32,000 bases of DNA from Candidatus Hadarchaeales archaeon (GTDB lineage: Archaea > Hadarchaeota > Hadarchaeia > Hadarchaeales > Hadarchaeaceae), in the NCBI GenBank assembly GCA_038823825.1, contig JAWBCC010000002.1, positions 210,001 to 242,000 of the forward strand, in the 5' to 3' direction. The position numbers were made by a program, and so were the translations under genes. The notes below the pieces were generated by a model, which made no database searches, had not been told where the DNA came from, and saw only the letters and a program-made list of their open reading frames with translations. Positions 1 through 9,525 of this stretch are shown piece after piece; positions within the stretch are counted from its first letter, which is position 1; each line of letters starts with the position of its first letter.

Positions 1-1533
1 GACAACAATTTGAAGAGCGTGTGGGACAAGATTTCGAAGGAACTCTCAAAACAGTGGGGAGTTTCACTGATTTCAATGAACCAGGAGAACAACACGATAA
101 CCTTTGAAGTGGGGTCTGCCGTTACCTCCACACAGCTCAGGAACATGCTGCCTAACGGAGAAATTCTAGAGATCAAAAGTGGGAAATCAGAAAGGTTAAC
201 GGAAAGAATCATCAAGATTTTGGAGCGCCGTTTAGATCCATACGGTCTTCTCGGAGAAAGGATCAGATGGGCAGGTGATAATCTCATATTGATCGAGACT
301 AGCAGAGAAATAAAGCCAGAGTTGCTCACAGCAAGGGGAAGGCTCGAAATATTCGTGGATGAAGACCTAGCGGCCACACCTGCGGACATTTTGGGATTCG
401 GCAAGACGTCTCATGAAGGCAGTGTCGGTTTGATTCCAGTTTACTTCACATCAGATGGCAGAAAGAACTTTAACTCCTTCGTAATTGGCAGACGATATTC
501 ATACATTTTCTTTTTCCTTGATAGACCACACGATGGAATTGTGATTTTCGACCCCGAAGACTTGACCGACTTGGAGGAATTTTTCTTTGACAATGAGAGC
601 GGATTTTTCGTGGAAAATACCTCAAAAGTTGCGATAAGGGTTCAAGCTTTTCCAAGTCCAAAGGATTGGATGAGCGACAACCTTGCGGATTATCTAGTCA
701 GTCACTTTGGTGAAAAGGTGAGAGTCATTCTTTTGGGGAGCAGAGAGGAATTCTCGGACGAATTTCTGATGAGGATTCCATCATCTTACCGGATCGAGTT
801 TTTGGAGAGAAGGAATGGTGAAACGTCGGATGAATGGCTGAGGAGGGCTCTGGGTTTCTTGATCGGAGTCCCGGTTAGTAGCTCCTTAGCAGAGAATGGC
901 GTCGCCGAAGGTTCGGGAATAAATCTACCAGTCCCGGCCGGGATGTCGAAGGCAGTAGACCTCAGACACATACTTCTGAATCCTCTGCCAGCCGTTGTCC
1001 ATCTTTCCTCTATCGGAACTGTTGAAGAGGAGAAAGTCCTTACTCCCAATAAATACTTCTTTGCATGTTTTGCTCCAATTGCGCTGTTTTCTCTTGTCGT
1101 TCTCTTTCTCTCGAGATCTCTAAGGTTGACATCAATATTTTTCATCTTCAATTTCTGCATGCTCATAATATCGCTGGGTCTCTTCTCACTCCTAGGAATG
1201 CGCCTCACTCCAGAGTCGCTGATTGCAGGAGTGATAATAGTTTCTCTTTCGATTACATGTTCGCTGCAAATACTCTTCGAGATGCTTGGAGGCTTCAAAC
1301 TAGCAGAGGGAGTTCAGATCGGGTGGAGGAAAGAAAAAGCCTTAGCTCCGGTTTATCTCTGGGCTCTGATCATCTCACTAGCATTGATAGTAGTTTCTTT
1401 ATCTGGTTTTAGATTTCTCCTACCTTTTTCCATTTCGTGCCTTCTCTGGCTGATAATTTTATCCACATTCGGACTTCCAGTTTTAGCCTCAATGATTGAG
1501 CGGGCAACGACTTTAAAGAAGGAGAAGACTTAA
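1..1533 (+). CDS. SecD-like / SecDF-family membrane protein, divergent; 5' partial
   Basis: The frame is open back to base 1. SecD-like periplasmic segment (GEILEIKSGKSERLTERIIKILERRLDPYGLLGERIRWAGDNLILIE) is followed by a C-terminal multi-TM block. Confidence 0.6.
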   Translation, partial: DNNLKSVWDKISKELSKQWGVSLISMNQENNTITFEVGSAVTSTQLRNMLPNGEILEIKSGKSERLTERIIKILERRLDPYGLLGERIRWAGDNLILIETSREIKPELLTARGRLEIFVDEDLAATPADILGFGKTSHEGSVGLIPVYFTSDGRKNFNSFVIGRRYSYIFFFLDRPHDGIVIFDPEDLTDLEEFFFDNESGFFVENTSKVAIRVQAFPSPKDWMSDNLADYLVSHFGEKVRVILLGSREEFSDEFLMRIPSSYRIEFLERRNGETSDEWLRRALGFLIGVPVSSSLAENGVAEGSGINLPVPAGMSKAVDLRHILLNPLPAVVHLSSIGTVEEEKVLTPNKYFFACFAPIALFSLVVLFLSRSLRLTSIFFIFNFCMLIISLGLFSLLGMRLTPESLIAGVIIVSLSITCSLQILFEMLGGFKLAEGVQIGWRKEKALAPVYLWALIISLALIVVSLSGFRFLLPFSISCLLWLIILSTFGLPVLASMIERATTLKKEKT

Positions 1534-1809
1534 AACACCAAATATTCCCGTGATCACCAAGAAAGCAATGAAAATAAACTCTAACTCTAATTTTTGCAGG
1601 ATCTTTCTGCCGGCATGGAAAAGAAGAAGGAGACCTGCAAAGAGAAACCACCACACCACGCAGGAGATTTCCAAAACTCCGACTTTTAGTATCGAAAGCA
1701 CGAAGGCTAAGAACCCGGCGGCTAAAAGAAGTATACAGACCGGATATAAAATAATCATTAGAATTGCCAGATTTTTTCTCATGTTATCCCGCTTATGAAG
1801 ACGTAACAA
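1513..1809 (-). CDS. small hypothetical membrane protein (about 3 TM segments)
   Basis: 98-aa hydrophobic ORF between flanking genes; overlaps the SecD-like 3' end by 21 nt. Confidence 0.5.
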   Translation of the reverse strand: MLRLHKRDNMRKNLAILMIILYPVCILLLAAGFLAFVLSILKVGVLEISCVVWWFLFAGLLLLFHAGRKILQKLELEFIFIAFLVITGIFGVLSLLLL

Positions 1810-2177
1810 GTTGTGGTCGGAAATCTTCTTCTCAGCTCCGCGATTTCCGGACGGTAGATTAACAATTCATTTGCAGGTTCCCTCTTCAAGATACTGCTGA
1901 TAACCTTGGACTCCAGGCTCCCAGAAATCCTTGCTGTCCCTCTCCCCAAACTAGGATTTATCTCGATCAATATGGGAAGCATGAGCTTCTCAGCCTCTTT
2001 ATCATCAACCAACTTCGCCAGCTCCTCTAACTCTTTCCTGTCAAATGAATGGATTTTCCCGCTTTTGGTTATGACAAATGGGTTTTCGCTGCGGAGAGCA
2101 TCCATTAGCGAGATTCTGTTTCTTGGCAAGTGCATGTTGAGCCTGTTTAACTCTACTTTTACGAGCTCTTCATTCAT
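1779..2177 (-). CDS. DUF61-family archaeal protein
   Basis: 132-aa ORF; pattern 'SLMDALRSENPFVITKSGKIHSFDRKELEELA...LMLPILIEI' matches remembered DUF61 proteins; overlaps atpD start. Confidence 0.6.
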   Translation of the reverse strand: MNEELVKVELNRLNMHLPRNRISLMDALRSENPFVITKSGKIHSFDRKELEELAKLVDDKEAEKLMLPILIEINPSLGRGTARISGSLESKVISSILKREPANELLIYRPEIAELRRRFPTTTCYVFISGIT

Positions 2178-2809
2178 CTTCTCTCCCTCAGGGTTTTCAT
2201 TCTTTTCAATCTGACAAAGTTATCTCTTTCAATCTCGCCGAGTTTCATCTCTATCATTCTTATAGTCTCCCTTACTTCGGGAATTATGACGTGTTCGAGC
2301 GCGTTTACTCTTCTTTTTGTCTTTTCAAGCTCCTCTGCGATCGCTAGAAGGGAAGATTCTAGCTCTGCAAGCTTGCAGAGATACTTTAAGGTCTCTTCAA
2401 ACTTTTCTGCAACTTTGTCGAGCAACGGATTACTCGTGTAGAGCCCATAACCTCTCTCTGTAACCTTTTTCTCCCTCGCATGAACGGTTACGAGCGGAGT
2501 TTCCACACCCATGATCAACTTGCTTGAGATTTCTACCTTGAAATCTTTCCTCACCTCCCTCATATGCTGAAGTGTTTCTAAAGTACCGTTAACACCAAGA
2601 CAAACGGTAAGCAGTCTGTGAGCTTCTTCTAGGCTTTTAAATGCAACTTTTTTTGCATACGTTACCTCTCTTGCGATGTAGAAGAATTCCATGACTAGTG
2701 CATCCATCTTCTCCTGAAGCAAATCTTTTCCTCTCTGGGCCAAGACAAGCTTTTTTCTGAGATTTATCAATTCCATTCTAGTTTGAGAAGTCGCTGAAGG
2801 CATTGCCAT
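2174..2809 (-). CDS. atpD: A/V-type ATP synthase subunit D
   Basis: 211 aa; 'RLELINLRKKLVLAQRGKDLLQEKMDALV' type N-terminus and 'RRVNALEHVIIPEVRETIRMIEMKLGEIERDNFVRLKRMK' C-terminus. Confidence 0.95.
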   Translation of the reverse strand: MAMPSATSQTRMELINLRKKLVLAQRGKDLLQEKMDALVMEFFYIAREVTYAKKVAFKSLEEAHRLLTVCLGVNGTLETLQHMREVRKDFKVEISSKLIMGVETPLVTVHAREKKVTERGYGLYTSNPLLDKVAEKFEETLKYLCKLAELESSLLAIAEELEKTKRRVNALEHVIIPEVRETIRMIEMKLGEIERDNFVRLKRMKTLRERR

Positions 2810-2810
2810 T

Positions 2811-3134
2811 TCATTCCTCCCTCCTTATCACAACCTTAGTTCCAAGTGTTCTGGTGACGGCTTTTTCTGTGAGATCAACTTTTGGTTTTCTACCCTTGCT
2901 GTCCGGTATAGGAATTACTATTGGGAAAACTTCTTTTTTCATCCTGTCTAGTTCGAGTTCTTCGGCCACAGAGGCGGTAACGAATATTATCCCCATCTCG
3001 GGGTCTTCCATCATTTTCTTCAGATTTGCTAGGTTTTCCTCCATAGTTCCAGCTGTGTAGAGTTCCCCAACCCCAGCCAATCCGAAGCCGATAATAGTTT
3101 CGAGATCTCCGATTACGCCAACCTTTTGCCTCAC
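2811..3134 (-). CDS. atpF: A/V-type ATP synthase subunit F
   Basis: 107 aa; 'KVGVIGDLETIIGFGLAGVGE' N-terminus, operon context. Confidence 0.93.
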   Translation of the reverse strand: MRQKVGVIGDLETIIGFGLAGVGELYTAGTMEENLANLKKMMEDPEMGIIFVTASVAEELELDRMKKEVFPIVIPIPDSKGRKPKVDLTEKAVTRTLGTKVVIRREE

Positions 3135-4249
3135 ATCATCGCCTCTGTGGCGAGAATCTTGTTTATTTCATCCTGCGTAAATCCGGCGCTCTTCATCCTA
3201 AGTAGCACACGAAGATTCTCCAGCTCTCTTTCTTTCATAAGGATATACACAATGATTGGGCATATCGAGAAGAAGTTTTTCATCGCCATCCACTTGGTTT
3301 TAGTTATGAGTGCACTTTTTAGAATTTTCTCCACATCTTCCACATCTCTTATTCTCTCAAGCTGTTTTTGAAGAGTCTCACCAACAGCGGTTATTCTTAT
3401 CGCATGTATAGCCGATTTCAAATCTTCGGCTAGCACAACTGCTCTGAACATCTCCGGTGTGAGTTCATGGCTAGGCAAAATCAGATACCTTTCGATCTCA
3501 TAATATGAAAGCCCGGATCTCTTCATCCTAAGGGAAATGACGAGGTTGATGGAATCTATCCAAAATCCAAAAATCTCGCGTAAAAGCTTCCTGTCCTCCT
3601 TTGTCTGGTTAACGGTTTTCCAAAGAGAGTCCCAGTAATGCTTCTCGACTGCCGAGATGAGTGCCACGACGCCATATCGTCCATAATCATCCATAGCCTT
3701 AACAATAAGATCGTAGTATTCTTCTCCTTTCAGAAACTCCAAAAGGCTCTCGATCGATTGCGCTGAAGCGAGCAATTCGAACCTTTGAAGATTCTCTGTC
3801 GGACATGGCAAAAGTCGAGTCACTATCTCCTCTTTTGGGATTCCATCGTGTATCCCGAGAATCACAGTTTTTAAGTTCAGCATGGCTCGATAGCCCAAAA
3901 GTCTCTTGATGATTGGTTTTGTAGATCTTGGTATAATCTCCAATATCTCCGAAAACTCCCTGCAGACATTCTCGTGCATTTCCTTTTCGGTCTTCAACCA
4001 ATCTAAGCTACCGTCTGGTTCTAATGTGATTTTACGTCCAATTTCCTCGAGTTGTTTGACTACATTTGTAACATCCGGAGCTCTGACGAACTCGATGAGC
4101 TTTTCTCCCGTCAGGAGAGTCGTTTCTCTGCTGCTCACAACCGTGTTGCAGAAAGCATATGACATAATCTTGCTTACCCATCTGCCGAACCATATCAGAA
4201 AAACCAATATGCCCGCAGCTGAGAGGATGAGTAAAATCAAAATGTTCAT
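3131..4249 (-). CDS. atpC: A/V-type ATP synthase subunit C with predicted N-terminal transmembrane helix
   Basis: 372 aa, operon position between E and F; 'YAFCNTVVSSRETTLL' replaces the usual 'Y.Y.NAR.RAM...LL'; GAGG ribosome-binding site just before ATG 4249. Confidence 0.9.
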   Translation of the reverse strand: MNILILLILSAAGILVFLIWFGRWVSKIMSYAFCNTVVSSRETTLLTGEKLIEFVRAPDVTNVVKQLEEIGRKITLEPDGSLDWLKTEKEMHENVCREFSEILEIIPRSTKPIIKRLLGYRAMLNLKTVILGIHDGIPKEEIVTRLLPCPTENLQRFELLASAQSIESLLEFLKGEEYYDLIVKAMDDYGRYGVVALISAVEKHYWDSLWKTVNQTKEDRKLLREIFGFWIDSINLVISLRMKRSGLSYYEIERYLILPSHELTPEMFRAVVLAEDLKSAIHAIRITAVGETLQKQLERIRDVEDVEKILKSALITKTKWMAMKNFFSICPIIVYILMKERELENLRVLLRMKSAGFTQDEINKILATEAMM

Positions 4250-4251
4250 GC

Positions 4252-4863
4252 CTACCCTCTTAAGAGTTGAGCGATCTTCATTCTGATTTTTTCTCTGTTT
4301 CGTTCAATTATGCTTTCAATCGTTTGATCAACCGCAACTTTTCCATTTTCGGATTCTATTCTTATGCCGCCTATTGCTTGGATTGGATTCCCGAGCATCA
4401 CAGCTTTTCCACTCTTTTTAGAGATTTCACCAACTTTAGTGTTGAGGAATTTTAGATCTCGTCGATTGGCGCGTAAAACGACGCTCCCATCTTCGAAATC
4501 CGCGCAGGATTTTATGGAGATCTCTAAAAGCCATTTTTGATATTCCGATCTTTCACAAAGTTTTTCCATTTTTTTCACGATTTGTTTGAAAATTTCGTCA
4601 ATTATTTTTTCCCTTTCCGAGAAAAAGTTCATTCTTGCTTTGAATTTCTCCTCAGCAATCATTTTTTCTTTTAGAGACTTTCCCTCTTCTTCGGCTTTTC
4701 TCAGCTTTGCAATTTTCTCCTTCTCAGTTTGGATTTTCGCCGTGCTCAAAATGGCTTCGGCTTCCTTTTCTGCTTTTTCGATTATCTCGTTTGCCTTCTT
4801 CTTGGCTTGGTCTAAAATATCCTTCACTACGCTTTCGATATCTTTTTTCTCCGTTTGCCACAC
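4252..4863 (-). CDS. atpE: A/V-type ATP synthase subunit E
   Basis: 203 aa, long coiled-coil N-terminus, operon position. Confidence 0.93.
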   Translation of the reverse strand: MWQTEKKDIESVVKDILDQAKKKANEIIEKAEKEAEAILSTAKIQTEKEKIAKLRKAEEEGKSLKEKMIAEEKFKARMNFFSEREKIIDEIFKQIVKKMEKLCERSEYQKWLLEISIKSCADFEDGSVVLRANRRDLKFLNTKVGEISKKSGKAVMLGNPIQAIGGIRIESENGKVAVDQTIESIIERNREKIRMKIAQLLRG

Positions 4864-4875
4864 CTCCGAGGAGAC

Positions 4876-5346
4876 TTAGGGAATTATCGCTTTGCTCGTC
4901 AGCATCAAAATTGTTGCCAGCAAACCCAGAATCGCGTAGAGTTCTACCATCACTGTGTACATCATACCCGCCGTGAACACCTCAGGTTTTTTTGCGACCG
5001 CTGCCACGCTTGCAGTCGCGACTTTTCCCTGAAATATCGCTGTGAAACCTTGCAATATCGCCGGGAGTGCAGCGGCCAGGATAGCGAATCCGACAACTCC
5101 GGCCTTTAAACCAGTGCCCAAAACTCCGGTAAAAATGAGTATCATAAATCCCGCGATGAATCCATATATGCCTTGGGTTCCGGGTAAGACCTCTAGAATG
5201 AAAAGCTTGGAGAATTTTTTGGGATCTTCGGCAGTGGCTGCAGCTGCGGCCATTCCAGCCATCGCTACTCCTATTGCAGACATTATCCCAGGAATTGCTA
5301 CAGCAAGTCCAGCGGCAAGCACCACCAAAGCCAAGTCATTTACCAC
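4876..5346 (-). CDS. atpK: A/V-type ATP synthase subunit K (duplicated, ~16 kDa proteolipid)
   Basis: 156 aa, four hydrophobic helices; 'LPGTQGIYGF' in helix 2 and 'MVELYAILG' in helix 4. Confidence 0.95.
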   Translation of the reverse strand: MVNDLALVVLAAGLAVAIPGIMSAIGVAMAGMAAAAATAEDPKKFSKLFILEVLPGTQGIYGFIAGFMILIFTGVLGTGLKAGVVGFAILAAALPAILQGFTAIFQGKVATASVAAVAKKPEVFTAGMMYTVMVELYAILGLLATILMLTSKAIIP

Positions 5347-5370
5347 TGTTATCCCACCTTCTTTTACTAT

Positions 5371-7395
5371 TCACTTCCCTTTTTTTAGTTTTGTGTATTT
5401 CCTTTTTGCCTTGAAGGGGGAAAACTTTCTTCCATCGCCTTCATAAAATTTCCCGAAAAATTCCATGAAATGTAAACGCATTGTGTGTATGAAACCACCC
5501 AACGTATTTATGAATATATTAAAACAATGAGCAACGAAGAAGATGAATGCCAGAAGACAGGCGGAAATTGCAGCGACTAGGATGTTCGGAAAACTATTAG
5601 CGAAAGGGGTAACCATCCATCCCCAGAAGACCGAAACTATGAAATTTATGGAAAATGCTATAACACCACTTGCTATTGCGAGTGCCATTAGTCGGGTGTA
5701 GGATGCTACATCCGCAACAAAGCTCGTTATTCCGTAGACTGTGTTAATGGCTTCTCCGATTTTTGATCGAATGGTTTCTCCCTTTAGCAGAGCCCCTACA
5801 ACACCTAACAGGACCCCACAGTAGAAAATAGCTCTCAAAATTCCGACGGGTTTAGGTGACGTGGCAAACGGATTGAACGCCTCGAACATTTCTATCTTTG
5901 GAAAAGTGTATGCAATCCCCAAATCTCGGAAACTTACACCGATAATGCAGAAAGCTAAGCCGAAAAAACCGAGAACAATCAAAACCCTCGAAATCCGCTC
6001 AAAGAGTAGAGATCTCCAATCTTTTCTGAGGAGATCTTTGATCACACCGGCAATTCCCAGTCCAAACAGTATGTGTAGAATCCCGATAAGAACAACGAGT
6101 TTTAGAAAAGGTATCGGATTCTCAATCGGATTCACCCAAAATCCGCCTCCAAATCCAAAACACCCTCCAACGAAAATCCCAACGATCACTCCTGTTAGAC
6201 TGCAGACTGCAAGCATCCGGCGAACGTTTGTTGGAAAGATTTTGGCTATCCAGACGCCAGAAAGTAAGAAAGCTGCAAGCGCGAGTCCATAGCCTGCATC
6301 TGATAGGGTTATTGCGAAAAATATCGGAAAAGTTAGGGAGAGGAATGGTGTAGGATCCACCTCATCATATCTTGGGACGCCGTACATTTCTGTAAGAAGT
6401 TCGAAATCTTTGACGATTTTTGGATTTTCTAGCTCGGTAGGTGCTTCTTGACTTTCTTCTTCTCTCAGGATACATATGCCATCCGTCGCCGTTTTTAAGG
6501 TTTTTTCAAGCATCCGTATTTTTCCGCGAGGAATCCATCCCTCCATCACAACCGTTGCTTCTGTGAATCCGAGTAAATTGTTTGTTTCTGCTCTTTCCAA
6601 GACGTTCACAACCATTTCCTCGACCGCGCAGATTTCCGGAGAAGATTTTTTAGCCAAGGTTTGTTTCGTGCGTTCAAGTTTCTCTTTTTCGTCATTTAAC
6701 TTTTCAAGCTCCTCTTCGAGTCTCTTCAAGTTTTCGTCTATTTTACCCTCGAGTGGTGGGATTTCGATTAGCTCGAACTCGTGCCTGTAAAAGATCGGAA
6801 GAAGTTTTTGGGACTCTTCAGAGGGGACAAGAACAAGAACGTTTCTCCTTTCTCCGGCTTTTGAAGCCAAGATAAAGATTTTACCGGCGAAAGTTTCACG
6901 CAAATCCTCCCCAAAGGATTTCAGTTTTTCCTCCGGGATTCTTCCAAAGAAAGCTCTGAAGTATTCTGTGGAGCGCAAAAGACTCAGGTCACACTCCGGG
7001 CATATCTCACCAAGCAACTTTAACTTTTCGATAATGTTTAAAATCTCCTCTTTTTTGCTCTCAATTCTCTCCAGTCTTTCGGCAAGTTCAGAGGTAATAG
7101 GTTCAATTCTTCCAAGTATTTTTTCCGCTCTTTTTATCACGTAGTCAAAACTTTCATTCCTGATCGACATCTTTTTTGCGGAAATCTCTCCCAAGAATTC
7201 CCTCAATTTGGACAGCCTTTTGGCGAGATCTCTCAACTTTTCTATTTCTTCCTGTGCGATTTTCTTTGCAAGTCTTTTATCTTCTGTTTCCTTAAGCTCC
7301 ACGATTCCTCTTTCGTGGAGCTCCAAGATCACCCTATTGTGATATCTTGCGGGGTAAATCGCGAAGAGTTTGCTCATTCTTTTTGGCCTAAGCAT
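5371..7395 (-). CDS. atpI: A/V-type ATP synthase subunit I (a)
   Basis: 674 aa; soluble N-terminal half and multi-TM C-terminal half with 'DAGYGL', 'VADVASYTRLMALAIASGVIAFSINF'. Confidence 0.96.
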   Translation of the reverse strand: MLRPKRMSKLFAIYPARYHNRVILELHERGIVELKETEDKRLAKKIAQEEIEKLRDLAKRLSKLREFLGEISAKKMSIRNESFDYVIKRAEKILGRIEPITSELAERLERIESKKEEILNIIEKLKLLGEICPECDLSLLRSTEYFRAFFGRIPEEKLKSFGEDLRETFAGKIFILASKAGERRNVLVLVPSEESQKLLPIFYRHEFELIEIPPLEGKIDENLKRLEEELEKLNDEKEKLERTKQTLAKKSSPEICAVEEMVVNVLERAETNNLLGFTEATVVMEGWIPRGKIRMLEKTLKTATDGICILREEESQEAPTELENPKIVKDFELLTEMYGVPRYDEVDPTPFLSLTFPIFFAITLSDAGYGLALAAFLLSGVWIAKIFPTNVRRMLAVCSLTGVIVGIFVGGCFGFGGGFWVNPIENPIPFLKLVVLIGILHILFGLGIAGVIKDLLRKDWRSLLFERISRVLIVLGFFGLAFCIIGVSFRDLGIAYTFPKIEMFEAFNPFATSPKPVGILRAIFYCGVLLGVVGALLKGETIRSKIGEAINTVYGITSFVADVASYTRLMALAIASGVIAFSINFIVSVFWGWMVTPFANSFPNILVAAISACLLAFIFFVAHCFNIFINTLGGFIHTMRLHFMEFFGKFYEGDGRKFSPFKAKRKYTKLKKGK

Positions 7396-7705
7396 TCAAG
7401 CCCTCCAAAATTTCCTTTACGATGAGCTCTGCTATTTCCTCGCTTCTTTTTTCAGCAATCTCTCTGAGTTTTTTCAACTCTCGTTCAAAATCTTTTTTGA
7501 TTTTCGAAACTTCTTCTTCCACTTCTTTTTCATATTTTTTCCTCAAGTTTTCTTCAGCTTTTTTGACTTCTCTATGAGCGTTTTGTCGGATTTCATCAGC
7601 TCGCTTTCTCGCCTCTTCAACGATTTTTTTTGCCTCGACCTCTGCTTCTTCCACTAATTCTCTGGCTTCTTTCTCAGCTTTCAAAATTTTTTCGAGGTAT
7701 TCCAT
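7388..7705 (-). CDS. atpH: A/V-type ATP synthase subunit H
   Basis: 105 aa coiled-coil protein directly upstream of subunit I. Confidence 0.85.
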   Translation of the reverse strand: MEYLEKILKAEKEARELVEEAEVEAKKIVEEARKRADEIRQNAHREVKKAEENLRKKYEKEVEEEVSKIKKDFERELKKLREIAEKRSEEIAELIVKEILEGLNA

Positions 7706-7767
7706 TTCTACCTCAACCCTATATAATGCGTCCCTCGAATATTAAGATTTGATAAATCAGGGTGAAC
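7706..7767. promoter_or_regulatory. divergent promoter spacer between atpH and atpA
   Basis: CTATATAATG at 7719-7728 suits plus-strand atpA; minus-strand CTTAATATT near 7738-7746 suits atpH. Confidence 0.55.
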
Positions 7768-9525
7768 ATGATGGGAAAAATCCTCAGAATAACCGGACCA
7801 GTTGTCATCGCAGAAGGCATGGAAGGTTCAAAGATGTATGAAATGGTCAGGGTGGGTGAGGAGGGTTTGATAGGAGAAATAATCGGTCTTCAGGGCGGAA
7901 AGGCGGTTATTCAGGTTTATGAGGAGACTACCGGCATCCGACCGGGTGAAAAGGTTGAAGGAACCGGCTCACCGCTCTCGGTAGAACTGGGTCCTGGACT
8001 CGCTAGTTCAATATACGACGGCATACAAAGACCGCTGGAGGTCATCAAATCCCAGGTCGGAGATTTCATCGTTCGGGGAGTTTCAGCTCCAGCTCTTCCG
8101 CGGGATAAGAAATGGGAATTCGTGCCTAAAGTGAAAAAAGGTCAAGAAATAAAAGAGGGTTTTATAATCGGAACCGTAAAGGAAACAGAAATCGTTGAGC
8201 ACAGAATTCTCGTTCCACCCGGGATAAGCGGCACCGTCAGGGAGATATATGATGGACGTTTTAGCGTGGAAGAGCCCATTTGCATTTTGAAGACAACAGA
8301 AGGGGAGACAGAGCTTAAAATGATGCAAAAATGGCCAGTCAGGAGACCGAGACCCTACAAGAAGAAACTCGAACCGGAAGAACCGTTGATAACTGGTCAG
8401 AGAGTTGCAGACATTTTCTTCCCCGTAGCCAAGGGAGGCACCGTTGCGGTTCCAGGAGGTTTTGGGACGGGCAAAACTGTGTTTCTTCATCAAGTGGCGA
8501 AGTGGGCCGCCGCCGACATAGTTGTTTACGTTGGTTGTGGTGAGAGGGGAAACGAGATGTGTGATGTTTTAGTTCACTTTCCAAAACTGAAAGATCCGAG
8601 AAGCGGGAGATCTCTAATGGAGCGGACGATTCTTGTTGCGAACACCTCAAACATGCCGGTCGCCGCTAGAGAGGCAAGCGTGTATACCGGAATAACGATA
8701 GCCGAATATTTCCGAGACATGGGCTACGATGTTGTTCTGATGGCAGACTCGACCTCACGATGGGCGGAGGCGATGAGGGAGATATCAGGTAGGCTTGAGG
8801 AAATGCCTGGAGAAGAGGGATATCCAGCTTATCTGGCTTCCCGTCTTGCAGAATTCTACGAGAGAGCCGGACGCGTGATAACACTCTCCGATATAGAGGG
8901 CTCTGTCACGGTTCTCGGCGCGGTTTCCCCGCCTGGTGGTGACTTCTCCGAGCCAGTCACCCAGAATACGCTCAGAATCGTAAAGGTTCTTTGGGCTCTG
9001 GACGCTTCTCTTGCCGACAGGAGGCACTTCCCCGCTGTTCATTGGCTGAGGAGCTATTCTTTCTATGTTGACCAAGTGGCAGACTGGTGGAAGAAAAACT
9101 TCGGGGAGGATTGGAGAGTCATGAGAGAGGAAGCAATGGCGCTTCTTCAGAAGGAGGCGGAACTCCAAGAGATCGTTAGGCTTGTTGGCCCGGACGCTCT
9201 GCCCGAACACGATAGAGCTCTTCTCGAGTCTGCAAGAATGTTGAGGGAGGATTTCCTTCAACAATTCGCTTTTCACGAAGTAGACAGCTTCTGTATGCCG
9301 GAGAAGCAAATCGGAATGTTCAAAATAATTCTCATGTTCCATCGTTTGAGCCTTGATGCGGTTTCACGCGGAATTCCGTTGGAAAAAATATCATCTCTTC
9401 CCGTGCGTTTGAGAATCGCAGATATGAAGAGGATACCGATTGACAAATGGGAGACAGAGTTCAGGAAGATTGAAAGAGAAGTTAAAGAGCAGTTCAACAG
9501 TCTGTTTGAGGGTGTGAAATCTTGA
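7768..9525 (+). CDS. atpA: A/V-type ATP synthase catalytic subunit A
   Basis: P-loop '[13 protein letters not shown]', '[44 protein letters not shown]'. Track begins at GTG 7762; ATG 7768 with upstream GGTG preferred. Confidence 0.97.
   Translation: MMGKILRITGPVVIAEGMEGSKMYEMVRVGEEGLIGEIIGLQGGKAVIQVYEETTGIRPGEKVEGTGSPLSVELGPGLASSIYDGIQRPLEVIKSQVGDFIVRGVSAPALPRDKKWEFVPKVKKGQEIKEGFIIGTVKETEIVEHRILVPPGISGTVREIYDGRFSVEEPICILKTTEGETELKMMQKWPVRRPRPYKKKLEPEEPLITGQRVADIFFPVAKGGTVAVPGGFGTGKTVFLHQVAKWAAADIVVYVGCGERGNEMCDVLVHFPKLKDPRSGRSLMERTILVANTSNMPVAAREASVYTGITIAEYFRDMGYDVVLMADSTSRWAEAMREISGRLEEMPGEEGYPAYLASRLAEFYERAGRVITLSDIEGSVTVLGAVSPPGGDFSEPVTQNTLRIVKVLWALDASLADRRHFPAVHWLRSYSFYVDQVADWWKKNFGEDWRVMREEAMALLQKEAELQEIVRLVGPDALPEHDRALLESARMLREDFLQQFAFHEVDSFCMPEKQIGMFKIILMFHRLSLDAVSRGIPLEKISSLPVRLRIADMKRIPIDKWETEFRKIEREVKEQFNSLFEGVKS

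Noticed and set aside
5861-6790. Plus-strand ORFs opposite atpI
   Set aside because: Shadow ORFs of the subunit I gene.
8083-9497. Several antisense or alternate-frame ORFs inside atpA (136, 70, 103, 72, 185, 74 aa)
   Set aside because: Fully inside the highly conserved subunit A coding sequence; no independent support.
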